Origin: Candidatus Latescibacterota bacterium
GTDB taxonomy: Bacteria; Latescibacterota; UBA2968; UBA8231
DNA: 64,000 nucleotides
Assembly: GCA_965206595.1 (NCBI GenBank)
Contig: OZ242214.1
Span: forward strand, 2,080,001-2,144,000
Direction: 5' to 3'
Below, piece after piece: positions 40,900 to 51,210 of the stretch. The first letter of the stretch is position 1. Each line of letters begins with the position of its first letter. The notes beneath the pieces are model-generated. The model searched no databases and had not been told where the DNA came from. It was given only the letters and a program-made list of their open reading frames with translations. The translations under genes and the position numbers were made by a program.

Positions 40900-41703
40900 T
40901 CAGATCCCCTTGGGTTCGAGGATTTCAACTTCGTCGGGATGACAAGCCAAGGTAGAATCCTCTATCTTGGCGCGAAAGAAACAGGCCCTAGGTTGAGCCT
41001 TTTCGCCGACAAAACGCGGGGTATTCTTCTTGGTCTTGGATCCCAATTCATCGGGGCGTTTCCAGCGAAAACCTTGAGCGCGGGCCGTGGGCGAAAAAAC
41101 ATCGTAGAGCATCAAGCCCAAGTCCTCCACGGGCTGTCGCCAACAGGTGCCCAACTCAGTAGCTCGCTGTTCCAAGGTAGCCTGTGGATCATCCACCCAC
41201 TCGAAATCCGCCGCGAATTCACGCATACCCAAAGCAGGCCGGTGGAAGCACTTGCCTTGCTGAGCGCGGCGTTTGAATTCAGCGAAGTACTTCATCGGCG
41301 TATCGGTCGGGCGATCCGCTAACGGCGTGGTACGCAGTTCGGCACTGATGATGTATTCCACCTCTTGTAGCGCCAACATGTTGCGCTGGGTACCATCAGG
41401 CGCACCGCCCCCGGCCTCGATGGGCGATACTTTCTCCGGCTGTGCCATCCATTGGCCGACATTGCGCAGGCTGATGACCGACTGCACTTCATTGCGCCGA
41501 ATCGAAGCCCACCGGCCTCGCCGAATCACTCGGATGGCAGCGACGCAATAGCAAACTTGAGGTTCCCAAAAAACGGCTTCCAAGATTCCCCGTGCGGCAG
41601 AGGGCGTCATCACCGGATAGCTGACGCGCTCCACTTTCATTTCGGGGCGAGTGAAACAGGCCCAATCTCCCCATACTCTCAGGTGTACGTGGTTGTTTTT
41701 CAT
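40900..41703 (-). CDS. cas5: Type I-C Cas5 (Cas5d, crRNA-processing)
   Basis: WGDWACFTRPEMKVERVSYPVMTPSAARGILEA, RRNEV, P.LG.REF; no cas6 in the locus. Confidence 0.97.
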   Translation of the reverse strand: MKNNHVHLRVWGDWACFTRPEMKVERVSYPVMTPSAARGILEAVFWEPQVCYCVAAIRVIRRGRWASIRRNEVQSVISLRNVGQWMAQPEKVSPIEAGGGAPDGTQRNMLALQEVEYIISAELRTTPLADRPTDTPMKYFAEFKRRAQQGKCFHRPALGMREFAADFEWVDDPQATLEQRATELGTCWRQPVEDLGLMLYDVFSPTARAQGFRWKRPDELGSKTKKNTPRFVGEKAQPRACFFRAKIEDSTLACHPDEVEILEPKGI

Positions 41704-41716
41704 TTCGATCCCCGAA

Positions 41717-43933
41717 TCATAACAAGAAATCCTCGGTCGGACGTTGGTCGATAACTACGCCGAGATGTTCGTGATAGGCTGCCTCATCCAATACGCTCAG
41801 TTCCATACCGGGCAACAGCGGGCGAAGCAGTCCCATTTTATCAGCCTTCTGAAAGTCGCGCAAATGCAGATTGACCATAAAGCGTTGGAGATCGCGCAAA
41901 TCTTTACGAGTGAAACGCGCACTATCTATTTGGGTGCGCTCCCGGATAGCGGCTACCTTTTCCAAGGCTCTCTCCCTTGGCGCAATTACGGCTCGGGTGT
42001 CATCGGAGATTACCTTCGCTTTTCGGGCTACTTCGCGGAAACGCAATGCCTCCCGATCCTCCTGAATAGAGCTCTCTCGTCGGTGCTGATGATCCGTGGG
42101 TACGTATTGAAAAAGTTCGCCAAAATAGCGACGGAATAGATCCGGCTTACCAGACAAGTCATCCGCAGATAACTGATCCAGCAAACGCGCCGCGATGTCC
42201 GTAGCTACGCGATATACTCCTCCGGGTAGCTTGGCGTCCGTTGGTCGGAATACTACTACACGCCCCTTGTCTGGCAGGAGTCCTTCCCGATTGCAGCGAC
42301 CCGCTGCCTGCACGATCGAATCCAGTGGCCCCAAGGCGCGATAAACCAACGGAAAATCAATATCCACACCGGCCTCTATCACCTGCGTTGCCACCAACCA
42401 GCAAGGTTTGTCGTTTTCCAAACGCCATTGTGCCTCCGCCAGCACTTTGGTACGATGTTCGGCGCACATGGCAGAGGAAAGATGCATCACTCCTTCTAAT
42501 CTTTGTCTATGCAACAGTTCCCACCATTCAGCCGCCTGTTTGCGCGTATTCACCACGCCTAAAGCTTGAGGCTCGATCGACCATTCCTCAGCCAATTCCG
42601 ACCAATCGTTTTCCGTGGACCGCACCTCGTAAACTACCCGGCCTAACTTCTGAAACAACTCGCCAGGCTCCGACGCAATCTCTTTCACTTCCTCCGCATC
42701 GAAACCATTCGACAACGATCTGCTGCGACTAAAGGCTGGTTGGGTTGCGGTGGAAAAAACGAAACTCGCGTGGTAGTGTTCCTTGATATCTCGCAGGATA
42801 TGCAGGAGCGGATTGAGCAGATGCGAAGGCAGCGTCTGCACCTCATCCAGTAATACCACGGAATTCGCAATGTTGTGTAGTTTCCGACACTTGGAGGTAC
42901 GATTGGCAAAGAGTGACTCGATGAACTGCACTGAGGTGGTGACCATGACCGGTGCGTCCCAGTTTTCCGCTGCTAGTTCCTCTGGAGATCGGCATTGCTC
43001 CTCATCGTCATCCCTTGTAACTACTGCCGAATGATGCTCGATCACGATGCCTTCGTTTTTCGGATCAAGCACTTTGCGATATTCGGCGGCGTTTTGCTCA
43101 ATGATTGATAGGTAAGGTATAACCACTACCACACGCTCCATCTCATGTCTCCGCGCATGTTCCAAGGCAAAAGCCATGCCCGATAGCGTTTTTCCCCCAC
43201 CAGTCGGCACGGTTAAAGAAAAGAAACCTGCTGGCTCCGCTGCCTGCGCCAAGCAGTCCTCAAACACTCTGTTGCGCAACCGATTGAGTTCGCCGAAAGA
43301 ATTAAACTTGACTCGGTGCGCTTGCAGTCGCTTCAGCAGCAACGGGGCATTCAGCTTCACCGGACAGCGTTCTCGCCCTGTGCTGAATTGTTCTGTATCC
43401 AGAAAATCCGCGTCAACTAGGCAGGAAAACAGCATTCTCACGTAGAATTCGGTGACGGCCTTATCCTTCTCGGGATTGGCAAATTCCGGCTCGACCAGTT
43501 CTGCGGGAACTTTCCCCAGTTCCTCTTCAAACTGCTTTACCAGAGGACTGAGCCGGTTCATGGCATCGTATTTTTCTCCGCAGACGAATTCCTGCAAATC
43601 ACTCACGTTATGAAGGCCCGCATGATGTCCGCCAACGGCAAACGCCGGTCCCAGCCATTCTCTGTTGAAGGCCAGCGCAGCACCATACACTGCATGATGG
43701 GTTTCAACCGACCCCGGACGCTCCCCTGCCAGATACTCTTGAAAAGCCTCACTATATTTTCCCAGATCGTGGAGCAAACCGGCCAATTTGGCAGCGTTGG
43801 CAAAACCAAGTGGCTCGGCGAATTCCCGAGCATTGTCCGCTACGTTTTGCAAATGCTCGGATAATGGTTGCCAGTGTTCTTGGTTTAACCGCCCCCCAGT
43901 AGCCGTTTCAGCTGTATGGGCGTAATAGTTCAT
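41717..43933 (-). CDS. cas3: Cas3 HD nuclease-helicase
   Basis: YYAHT, LLHDLGK, LVDADFLDT, PTGGGKT, LDEVQ, STAT, QAAGRCNREG. Confidence 0.97.
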   Translation of the reverse strand: MNYYAHTAETATGGRLNQEHWQPLSEHLQNVADNAREFAEPLGFANAAKLAGLLHDLGKYSEAFQEYLAGERPGSVETHHAVYGAALAFNREWLGPAFAVGGHHAGLHNVSDLQEFVCGEKYDAMNRLSPLVKQFEEELGKVPAELVEPEFANPEKDKAVTEFYVRMLFSCLVDADFLDTEQFSTGRERCPVKLNAPLLLKRLQAHRVKFNSFGELNRLRNRVFEDCLAQAAEPAGFFSLTVPTGGGKTLSGMAFALEHARRHEMERVVVVIPYLSIIEQNAAEYRKVLDPKNEGIVIEHHSAVVTRDDDEEQCRSPEELAAENWDAPVMVTTSVQFIESLFANRTSKCRKLHNIANSVVLLDEVQTLPSHLLNPLLHILRDIKEHYHASFVFSTATQPAFSRSRSLSNGFDAEEVKEIASEPGELFQKLGRVVYEVRSTENDWSELAEEWSIEPQALGVVNTRKQAAEWWELLHRQRLEGVMHLSSAMCAEHRTKVLAEAQWRLENDKPCWLVATQVIEAGVDIDFPLVYRALGPLDSIVQAAGRCNREGLLPDKGRVVVFRPTDAKLPGGVYRVATDIAARLLDQLSADDLSGKPDLFRRYFGELFQYVPTDHQHRRESSIQEDREALRFREVARKAKVISDDTRAVIAPRERALEKVAAIRERTQIDSARFTRKDLRDLQRFMVNLHLRDFQKADKMGLLRPLLPGMELSVLDEAAYHEHLGVVIDQRPTEDFLL

Positions 43934-43977
43934 TCACTCAGCTTCCGACCATGTTGTGAAACAACCCCCCCGGCGCC

Positions 43978-44376
43978 TCAAATCGGATGCCGAGCGGCGC
44001 TTTTTATTCCGACGGCCTTCAACAAAACGGCCGGCAGCCGCTTCAGTTCTTTGTTGCGCGGATCGACCTCGAATCCGCCTGACTCCAATGCCGTAACGCC
44101 GAGCAAGGGTTCCGCGCCTTCGTCCCCGTACACGATCGCGCCACCGACGACTTCTCCCTCGAACTCGATCTCGGCGATGGTTATGTCAAAGGCGATGGAC
44201 TTTCCGTCCGGAAGCACGTATTCGCGGCGGCCCCTCGGTTCGAGTCCGATCGCTTCGAGGCGCGCCCTCGGAACGAGTGAGTCGAACGCGCCTGTATCGA
44301 CCAGGAATTTGCCGGTCCAGCTGCGTTGCGGGTCTGCGGGATTGCGGATCGTTACGTCAACATAGGTCGCGCCCAT
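43978..44376 (-). CDS. Clan AA (retropepsin-like) aspartic protease
   Basis: FLVDTGA and PLLGVTALES motifs, 132 aa; GGAG RBS. Confidence 0.85.
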   Translation of the reverse strand: MGATYVDVTIRNPADPQRSWTGKFLVDTGAFDSLVPRARLEAIGLEPRGRREYVLPDGKSIAFDITIAEIEFEGEVVGGAIVYGDEGAEPLLGVTALESGGFEVDPRNKELKRLPAVLLKAVGIKSAARHPI

Positions 44377-44458
44377 GGTGGTTCTCTCCTGAGTTGGCTG
44401 ATGAATATGGTGCCATTCCGTTCACTGCACAAGAGAGTAGTCTGCGCCAACGACAGGA

Positions 44459-44737
44459 TCACTTCCGGCGCTCGTGAAGCCGCGCGGTCTTTCCGAGGAA
44501 CCCTGCAATCTCCAGATCGTCGTCCAGCTCACCCAGAAGAGTTGGGGCCAGTTCGGGGCGCAGGCGGAGGGGACGCGACTCCACAACGAACGGCCGGACC
44601 TCCGATTCCGGATCTGACGGATCCAGACCCCGGCGCAAGGCATCGTTCAGGGTCTCCTTGAACCCCTTGCCCTTCCTGCGCATCTCCTCCCTCAGGAGTT
44701 GCTCCACATCGGCGTCCAGTGTGACTGTGGTTCTCAT
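44459..44737 (-). CDS. VapB-like ribbon-helix-helix antitoxin (orphan)
   Basis: MRTTVTLDADV..FKETLNDALRRGL; no PIN toxin follows. Confidence 0.75.
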   Translation of the reverse strand: MRTTVTLDADVEQLLREEMRRKGKGFKETLNDALRRGLDPSDPESEVRPFVVESRPLRLRPELAPTLLGELDDDLEIAGFLGKTARLHERRK

Positions 44738-44748
44738 GTTTCACGTCC

Positions 44749-45522
44749 CTACCTGCAGGAAGCGAGGATCTCTCCGCTCAGCACCGTCGGGCACCAGAAC
44801 TTCTCGATGTACTCGACCACCAGCCGCGTGCCCTCGTCGTGGCTGACGTAGGGGGGCATCGCCGGATCGTACATCGCGTCGGTCAGGTCGCGGACCAGGA
44901 CGAGGTTCTTCCCCCAGCGCACCATCTGCTTGATCGCGAAGCTGCGGTTGAGGACGCACATGTTGGTGTGCACCCCCATGATCAGCAGGTTGTCGATCCC
45001 CCGGTGGTGCAGGCAGCTGAACACCTGCCTGCCGTCGTCGCTGACGAGGTCGGCGCCGTCGTCGATCTCTATGCCGGGGTGCTGCCGCGTCCATGCGATG
45101 CCGTCCCGGTCCGGGTCGTGGTAGCGCCGGTCGATCGCCTCGGTGTCCGAGCCCCCGTCGCTGGAATCGACCGGCTGCGGCGGGTCCTCCCGCTCGAGGT
45201 CGGACGGCGGGGCGACGGGCTCGGCGTCGAGAACGCGCTGCCGGGCGGGGGTGCCGGCGTAGAATTCCATGGTACTCGAAGGGGCGTGCACGATCTGCAC
45301 CCCGGATGCGCGCGCCGCGGCGACCACCTCGTTCATGCGCGGCACCATGGCGTCGACCCGTTCCGAGGCGCCGCGGCTCCAGTGCTTGTTCCAGACGTCG
45401 CACAGCAGCAGCGCGGTCGCTGCACAGTCGTACTCCGCCCCGGTGGCGACCACCTCCCAGCGGGCGCGGCCCCCATCCTGCCCGAGCCGCTGATGCCGCA
45501 GATTCAGATGAAGCTCGCTCAT
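44749..45522 (-). CDS. Isochorismatase-family cysteine hydrolase
   Basis: TALLLCDVW..HW, IVHAPS, MGVHTNMCV, RDLTDAMY. Confidence 0.8.
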   Translation of the reverse strand: MSELHLNLRHQRLGQDGGRARWEVVATGAEYDCAATALLLCDVWNKHWSRGASERVDAMVPRMNEVVAAARASGVQIVHAPSSTMEFYAGTPARQRVLDAEPVAPPSDLEREDPPQPVDSSDGGSDTEAIDRRYHDPDRDGIAWTRQHPGIEIDDGADLVSDDGRQVFSCLHHRGIDNLLIMGVHTNMCVLNRSFAIKQMVRWGKNLVLVRDLTDAMYDPAMPPYVSHDEGTRLVVEYIEKFWCPTVLSGEILASCR

Positions 45523-45523
45523 T

Positions 45524-46414
45524 TCAGTTGCCTCCCGTCGTCACGGGTGCAGAAACCGGAAGCGGTTCCCCCCCTTTGCAGACCGCGGGAAAATGGGGGC
45601 CTGCGGCGCTCATCCCCCCGCCGTCGGCCACCTCGACGAACTGCTTCATGAGGTGCTCTCCGCTGGCGTCGAAGACCGCGTCCCCGGTCATGTAGTGGAT
45701 GGCTATGGCCCGGCGCGGACGCTGCGACCTGTTGAACGGCGACCCGTGCCAGTTGAGGCTGTGGTGGAAGGAGACCTCCCCCCGCATGACCGGCAGCGGC
45801 CGCGGCCGGACTTCGGAAATCTCCGCTCCCTCCGGTGGGGAGAACCCCTCGATATCCCCGAACTCGTCCAGCTGCGTCAGCGCCCCCTGGGTGCGCAGGA
45901 ACTCGATCCGGTTCCCCCAGCGGAAGCTGCCGGGGACCATCCACATGCAGCCGTTCTCCTCGTCGGCGTCGTCGAGCGGCACCCAGGCCGACACCGGGGT
46001 CATCGGCTTGATGATCGGCCACAGCGGCGCATCCTGGTGCCATCGGGTGGAGCCGCCGCGCGCCGCCGGTTTGTACTGGATCTGGTCGTGCCATACCATG
46101 AGGTCGGGATGGCCGGTCAGCTGACTCACCGCCCGCACGAGGAAGGGGTGGGACATCAGGCGCCGGAAAGCGTCCGATGCCTCCCATATGTTGACGATCT
46201 GCCACACCGGATGCTCGCTGGCCCCGCCGCCACGGGCCCCCATGTCGCGAAAGGAGACCGGCTGCGGGTGCCCCGGACCGAACCCGTCCGGACCGATGTC
46301 GAGAATGCGGTCGAGCTCCGCCCCGAGCTCGTCGACCTCCTCCAGCGACAGCGCCTTGCCCGCGTTGATGAAACCGTTGCGCTCGAACTCCTGCACCTGC
46401 TGCTCGCTCAGCAC
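45524..46414 (-). CDS. Phytanoyl-CoA dioxygenase (PhyH) family
   Basis: WHQD, LDDADEENGCMWMVPGS, FHHSLNWHGS..N.S..PRRA. Confidence 0.9.
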   Translation of the reverse strand: MLSEQQVQEFERNGFINAGKALSLEEVDELGAELDRILDIGPDGFGPGHPQPVSFRDMGARGGGASEHPVWQIVNIWEASDAFRRLMSHPFLVRAVSQLTGHPDLMVWHDQIQYKPAARGGSTRWHQDAPLWPIIKPMTPVSAWVPLDDADEENGCMWMVPGSFRWGNRIEFLRTQGALTQLDEFGDIEGFSPPEGAEISEVRPRPLPVMRGEVSFHHSLNWHGSPFNRSQRPRRAIAIHYMTGDAVFDASGEHLMKQFVEVADGGGMSAAGPHFPAVCKGGEPLPVSAPVTTGGN

Positions 46415-46490
46415 GTTGTTCCTCCGGGAATTATGTACTTAACTGCACAAGGTAACTTTAGTAATCTCATCCGCGAATTTAAAGAAAATC

Positions 46491-46499
46491 TGGTATAAT
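46491..46499 (+). promoter_or_regulatory. Consensus extended -10 element TGGTATAAT
   Basis: Exact TGnTATAAT in an AT-rich patch; activity unknown. Confidence 0.4.
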
Positions 46500-46640
46500 A
46501 TAGTAGAGAAAATACCAGAGAGAAGGACATCCCGGTCCTCAAAGTGTTTAGCCCGGAAACTCGAAAGCATGTCAGATTGACACCACGGGTTAAGCTGTCG
46601 CGGCGAGCGATACCGACGAGAGGCAGCGAGCAGCGGGTTG

Positions 46641-46950
46641 TCACCTTGCTGACCATTTGGAATGATTCGCTCGTTCCCTCGACCGATGATGAGTGAAGGG
46701 AGCCGGAGGGATCTCCGCCCCCACCAGATCCAGATACGTCAGCCGTTTCCCCACCATCCCGGAAGCAAGCAGTTCCATCTGTTCCAGGATATCCACTCCT
46801 CTGGTATTGTACCTCCCTACCATCTCGATGAGGTATCGGGGAAAATACTTGGGAGATAGGTGGTGATAGATCCCGCGATAGATTCGTTTCGCCAGAGCCC
46901 AGAACGATTCAATGCCGTTCGTATGGACATCGCCCCTGACGAATTCTTTT
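46641..46950 (-). pseudogene. IS1595-family transposase C-terminal fragment
   Basis: VHTNGIESFWA..KR.Y.GIYHHLSPKY..RY..E..RYN..KRLTY. Confidence 0.85.
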
Positions 46951-47031
46951 GGCTCGTCAGTAGAATTCGTGGGTGAATTGGGGCTCGGGTAAATCGCCAA
47001 GCTGATGGAATGAAGCGATTTGGAGTGCCTT
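46951..47031 (-). mobile_element. Terminal fragment of the same ISL3 as at 7891
   Basis: Near-identical to 7891-7971 (2 mismatches seen). Confidence 0.9.
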
Positions 47032-47889
47032 GAACCTATCTCAAAATTGAAATTGTTTAAGTAAAATCAAAATGGATGCAAGTTGGACGAAGCCAAGAAA
47101 ATTCTCCGGATACAATTCCCAGCGAGTGATCACTCGATCGACGCTGCCATTGAAGCCAAGCAAAGAATCTCTCAACCATCCAAGGCCGCACATATCGCCG
47201 CAATCGCCGTCCATCCTGAGTCTTTTTCTTGGTCCGATTCTGGCGATGCGGGGCGATCATCTCGATCCCGTCTTTCTTAAGCTCTTCATCCAACGAATCG
47301 CTGTCGTACGCTTTATCGCCGATCAAGTTGTCAGGTTGGTCTTCGATCAAGTAAAAGTCAAAGGTCAACTGAACCAGCGTCACTTCATGATGGTTCGCTG
47401 CATGCGTGCTCACCGACAAGGGAAGCCCATTGCCGTCCACGATCCCCATGACCCGCACCCCCTTACCTCGCCTGGTTTGGCCGATATCGGCACCTCCACC
47501 CTTGGCCGCCGAGAACATGCCATCGATGAAAGCCTCCGATTCGTCCAGGCCCCCTTGCTCGTGAAGGGTCTGGGCCAGGTCCATGAGAACTTCGCGTACC
47601 ACCCCTTGACGACACCCGTTTTGAAAACGGCGATGCACGGTTTTGTAGTTCGGATAGCACGGCGGCAACATAGGCCATTGAGCCCCGGTGTTTAGAATCC
47701 AAAGGACGGCTTCAAAAACATCACGGGTGCAAACCGGTTTGCGACCCGGATGGCTCTTGGGACGAAGTTCTTCAGGAAAGTGATGGCGGATTCGTTGCCA
47801 TTGCATGTCGGTCAGATTGACCATACACCAATGGTACATCACTGTCATTTCGAAAACAAGTTTAAGTTTGCCTATTTTGAGATAGGTTC
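47032..47889 (-). mobile_element. IS5-family IS, transposase 47057-47848
   Basis: 16-bp IR GAACCTATCTCAAAAT; LTDMQW..GAQW..LP..Y.TVHRRF, FIDG, GDKAYD, W.VERFFAW; C-terminus may be frameshifted. Confidence 0.88.
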
Positions 47890-48195
47890 AAGAGAAAAAA
47901 GATCAATTCTCAACTACCTGAAGGGAGGACTGTCAAAAGCGATCTTGAGCTACATAGAGCCCCGTCGCCCTCAACACATCGAGAGTCTGCTTGTTCGTCT
48001 CGATTGGAAAGACTTTTGACACTTCAAGCTGCGTCCCGGACCCTGCGTCTTTCTGCACGATATTCGCGCATCCTCGCAAGTGGCACTTTGTCCGATGTTC
48101 TCTGATTGCGCCTTAGCTACCGGTTCGGCCCAGCGGGGCAGTCTGTAGGACGTGCAAGCCGAATGGCGTTCTGCTCGCCTTGAATCTGTTGTGCA

Positions 48196-48269
48196 AGCGG
48201 TCGAGGCGAAGTTCCTCACCGGTTGCGTAAAGCATTTTCTGAGCGGTCGAGGCGATGTTCCTCACCGGT
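48196..48269. repeat. Two 28-bp palindromic direct repeats AGCGGTCGAGGCGAWGTTCCTCACCGGT separated by 18 bp
   Basis: Copies at 48196-48223 and 48242-48269, one mismatch. Confidence 0.8.
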
Positions 48270-48622
48270 CGCAAAGACCATTATTGGAGGATTGTCCCGA
48301 AAATGATGGTCAATAAGAAAATTTCATGGTATTGACACAGTCCATAGGCAATGCTTATACTTGAAAAACGAGGCAGGATGGATCGCCAAGACGCCGCAAG
48401 CCGGTCGAGCATCCATTGAAGGACGTGCGCCCAGCTGCGATCCAGCTCGCAGCTGGGCTTTTTTTTGCGAAACTCCGATAATGGCTTACGATTGAGAATG
48501 GAAGCATCCTCGCTTTCATTTTCGTTCATTGCTCTACTCCTACCTCGCCTGGTGTGATTCTGTGGCAGATCGCATCAGGCGGGGATTTTTTTGTGCCTTG
48601 CACAGAAACGAGGGAAAACGCT

Positions 48623-50517
48623 ATGCCCCGGAACATGCCTTTGCCGGTCAGAAAGATCAGTATCGCAGAATACGAACAACTCTCCGCGTCGCGCACTGTG
48701 CCCACAACAAGGTCCGCCAGCCCTCCTACGGCGCCGACAGCCTCACCCAGGCTCCAGAGGAAGGCCGTCGATCCAGTCAAGTAACCGTTCAGTTCCCCTG
48801 GCAGGTTGGGGCCGGGGGCGGAATGGTAGCAGAATATTAGCGAATGGCGGAGTGGGTTGAAGGCAGCAGCGAGGGCGCCGGCTGCTGAGACACGGCCGCG
48901 TCACAGGCCATCCTGAGATAGTCGAGGACGTTGCGCTGCTGCTGGCGCAGGGTATCGCGTACCGTGAGCAGGCGCTCTACGAAACGGCTGCCTTCGGCAC
49001 TGTGGGTACCGAAGCTGGTGTGACGCCACAACACGCCATGGCGAAGGGCTCGTTCGGCTTCGTTGTTGGTCGGCTCGACGCCGGGCCGGCGTGCGCAGGT
49101 CCACAGGGCCGGCCCGAGGTCGAGGAGATTGGCGCAGGTGGCCGCCGTCTTGGCGTCGGCGAACTGCTGCCCATAGCACAAATGAAAACGAAAGCGCAGA
49201 CACAAATCGTCGATATAGTCCTGGAAGCGGGCGCGGGACAGGGTACCGTCGCGGACTTGATGCCACCAGGTAAACAGCTGCTCGCTGCGGTCCAACAGGT
49301 GTTGACCGACGCGCCCGGCCTCTCCGCCCCGGGCCACGAACTCCTCGAAGGCGCGCCGCAGATGAGCCCAGCACACGTGCCGGCGTCGTAGCGGCAGATG
49401 CGCGTAGGCCGAATAGCGATCGGAGCCGACCACCGCCCGGTTGTCCGCACCCAGCACCTCATCGACCCCGTCCCGTCCCCGGCTTGGGCGAATGGCGAAC
49501 ACGGTGACGCCGGCCGTCACCGCGGTCCACAACCAGGCCTTGGCGCGGCGCTGGCGCCAGCCGGTCTCGTCGACGTTGACGAGGCCCTGTCGGCGAACGA
49601 AGGCGCGCGCCTCCTCGACCGGAGCCGCCAGGGCCGCGGCCACCTCCCGTTCCAGTCGGCTGACCGTACCCAGCGACACCTCGAGGCCGAAGGCGTCGGA
49701 CAACAACGCCCGGATGTTGCGCTTGCTCAGCCGGTAGGCCCCGGCCAGCAGGCCGACCCAGGCTTGCACGCTGGGACCGAAGGTGTGGCGCGACACGCCC
49801 TCGGGCCAACCGGCTGCGGTCAGGCGGTCGCAGTGACCGCAGCGCAGGGTGTGCAACTGATACTCGATGACCTCGGCCCGCAGCGGCGGGAGGACGACTT
49901 CCTGGTGACGCTGCGGATGAGGATCGTCTCCCGTCAACGGGTGCCCGCATCCGTGGCACGTACTCGGCTTGACCGGGATCCGTTCGTCCACCTGCTCCAC
50001 CGATACCCACGAGCGGCCGGGTCCTTCGTGCCCGGGCTGTCCGCCCGGCGAGCGCCCCGAGGATCGGCGTCGGGAGGTGTCGGTGCGCGGCGAGGAGGAA
50101 GCGCCCGATTGCGACGAGGCGGCCCGGGCACCGCGGCGGGAGCGCCCCTTGCGGCGGGCCAATTCCCGCTCCAGCTCCCCGATGCGCGCCGTCTGTTGTT
50201 CCACGATCTGCTCAAGCTGGACAATGCGCTGGCGCAGGTCGCCTTCGGAAATCGTACTCTCAGGAGGTCTCTTCATGGGGTCGCCGTATCCAGGGAAATC
50301 TGCAACACACAACCGATCCCGAAAATACCGACGAACCCGAAAACCCGCTTAGGTATTTCTTTATATGCTCAAACTACTGCAGGGGGGACTGAACGGTTAC
50401 CCAGTCAAAGCCCGCAAGCCTCAGAAGGCCAAAAAGACCGTCAAAAAGCCCAAGGGACTGAAGCAGGGGGACGCACGGCCCACCTTGGAGAATGAAGGTG
50501 TGGCGCCGAAAGGGTAG
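48623..50517 (+). pseudogene. Small basic hypothetical gene split by IS66 copy 2
   Basis: MPRNMPLPVRK..DPVK continues in frame as ARKPQKAKK..APKG* once the IS and one TSD are removed. Confidence 0.45.
48781..50400 (-). mobile_element. IS66-family IS, copy 2 (transposase 48837-50312)
   Basis: Same IRs as copy 1; 8-bp TSD CCAGTCAA; near-identical 491-aa ORF. Confidence 0.95.
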
Positions 50518-50643
50518 GGACGTGAAGCGGGATATTTCGATGCGTTACTTGTGCGATGAATGCCATTCCGCATTGATGCAGCCAGCGGAGAAGGCGACAT
50601 TGTTAGCTGCGCAATGATGCGCAACTGGCAAGGAGAACCTGCA

Positions 50644-50835
50644 ATGAGTGAACCACGCAGACCCGTTTTTTACCTCAAGATTCCATCTGGCCCAAAGTGC
50701 GTTGTCTGCAATGATGGTTCCGTTTTCCGTTATGCGGAGCACATCGAAAAGGGCAAAGGCAAGGGGTGGCTACGTATGCCACCAATACCCGGAACCCCGG
50801 CAGACGTAGAAAAGGAGAAGAACCGTGAGCCTTGA
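50644..50835 (+). CDS. Small hypothetical protein with CxxC
   Basis: AAGGAG RBS before the ATG; overlaps the next gene. Confidence 0.45.
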   Translation: MSEPRRPVFYLKIPSGPKCVVCNDGSVFRYAEHIEKGKGKGWLRMPPIPGTPADVEKEKNREP

Positions 50836-51160
50836 CGAAACCGTTGCTGAAGCCAGAGAGCTACGAGGTGAACTAATTGGCTTACAGAAAAAATTGAAGG
50901 GGATGGCTGAAAATCTGAATGGTGTGGCCACCACGCTGCATAACGTAGACAAGCCGGAAGGGGTGTTTTTCAGAGGAACCTTTTCCTTCCAGGAAGAACT
51001 TCCTTCCTTCCAGAAAGGGGAGGCGAAAATCGAAGCGATACTGCCTTCCAAGGAGGAAGTTGAAGAAGCATTCCAAGAGTACAAGGCCAAGAATTCCCGT
51101 TATTTTGACCTCTGCAAGATTCTGGAAAACAACGAGTTGCAACTACTCCCGAAAAAATAG
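50825..51160 (+). CDS. Hypothetical helical protein
   Basis: AAGGAG RBS; followed by a terminator. Confidence 0.55.
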   Translation: MSLDETVAEARELRGELIGLQKKLKGMAENLNGVATTLHNVDKPEGVFFRGTFSFQEELPSFQKGEAKIEAILPSKEEVEEAFQEYKAKNSRYFDLCKILENNELQLLPKK

Positions 51161-51174
51161 CCAACCTCCACCAC

Positions 51175-51210
51175 AGAAGCCCCCCGGAATCGAGGTTCCG
51201 GGGGGCTTCT
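51175..51210. terminator. Intrinsic terminator-like hairpin
   Basis: AGAAGCCCCCCGGAA-TCGAGG-TTCCGGGGGGCTTCT, perfect 15-bp stem. Confidence 0.8.

Noticed and set aside
41704-41716. TTCGATCCCC before cas5 as a fourth degenerate repeat
   Set aside because: Only 13 nt of intergenic sequence, a weak match and no hairpin; explained by an ordinary RBS.
12744-50400. IS66 composite transposon carrying CRISPR-Cas, or a CAST
   Set aside because: Each IS66 has its own TSD, there are no tnsB/tnsC/tniQ genes, and Cas3 is intact.
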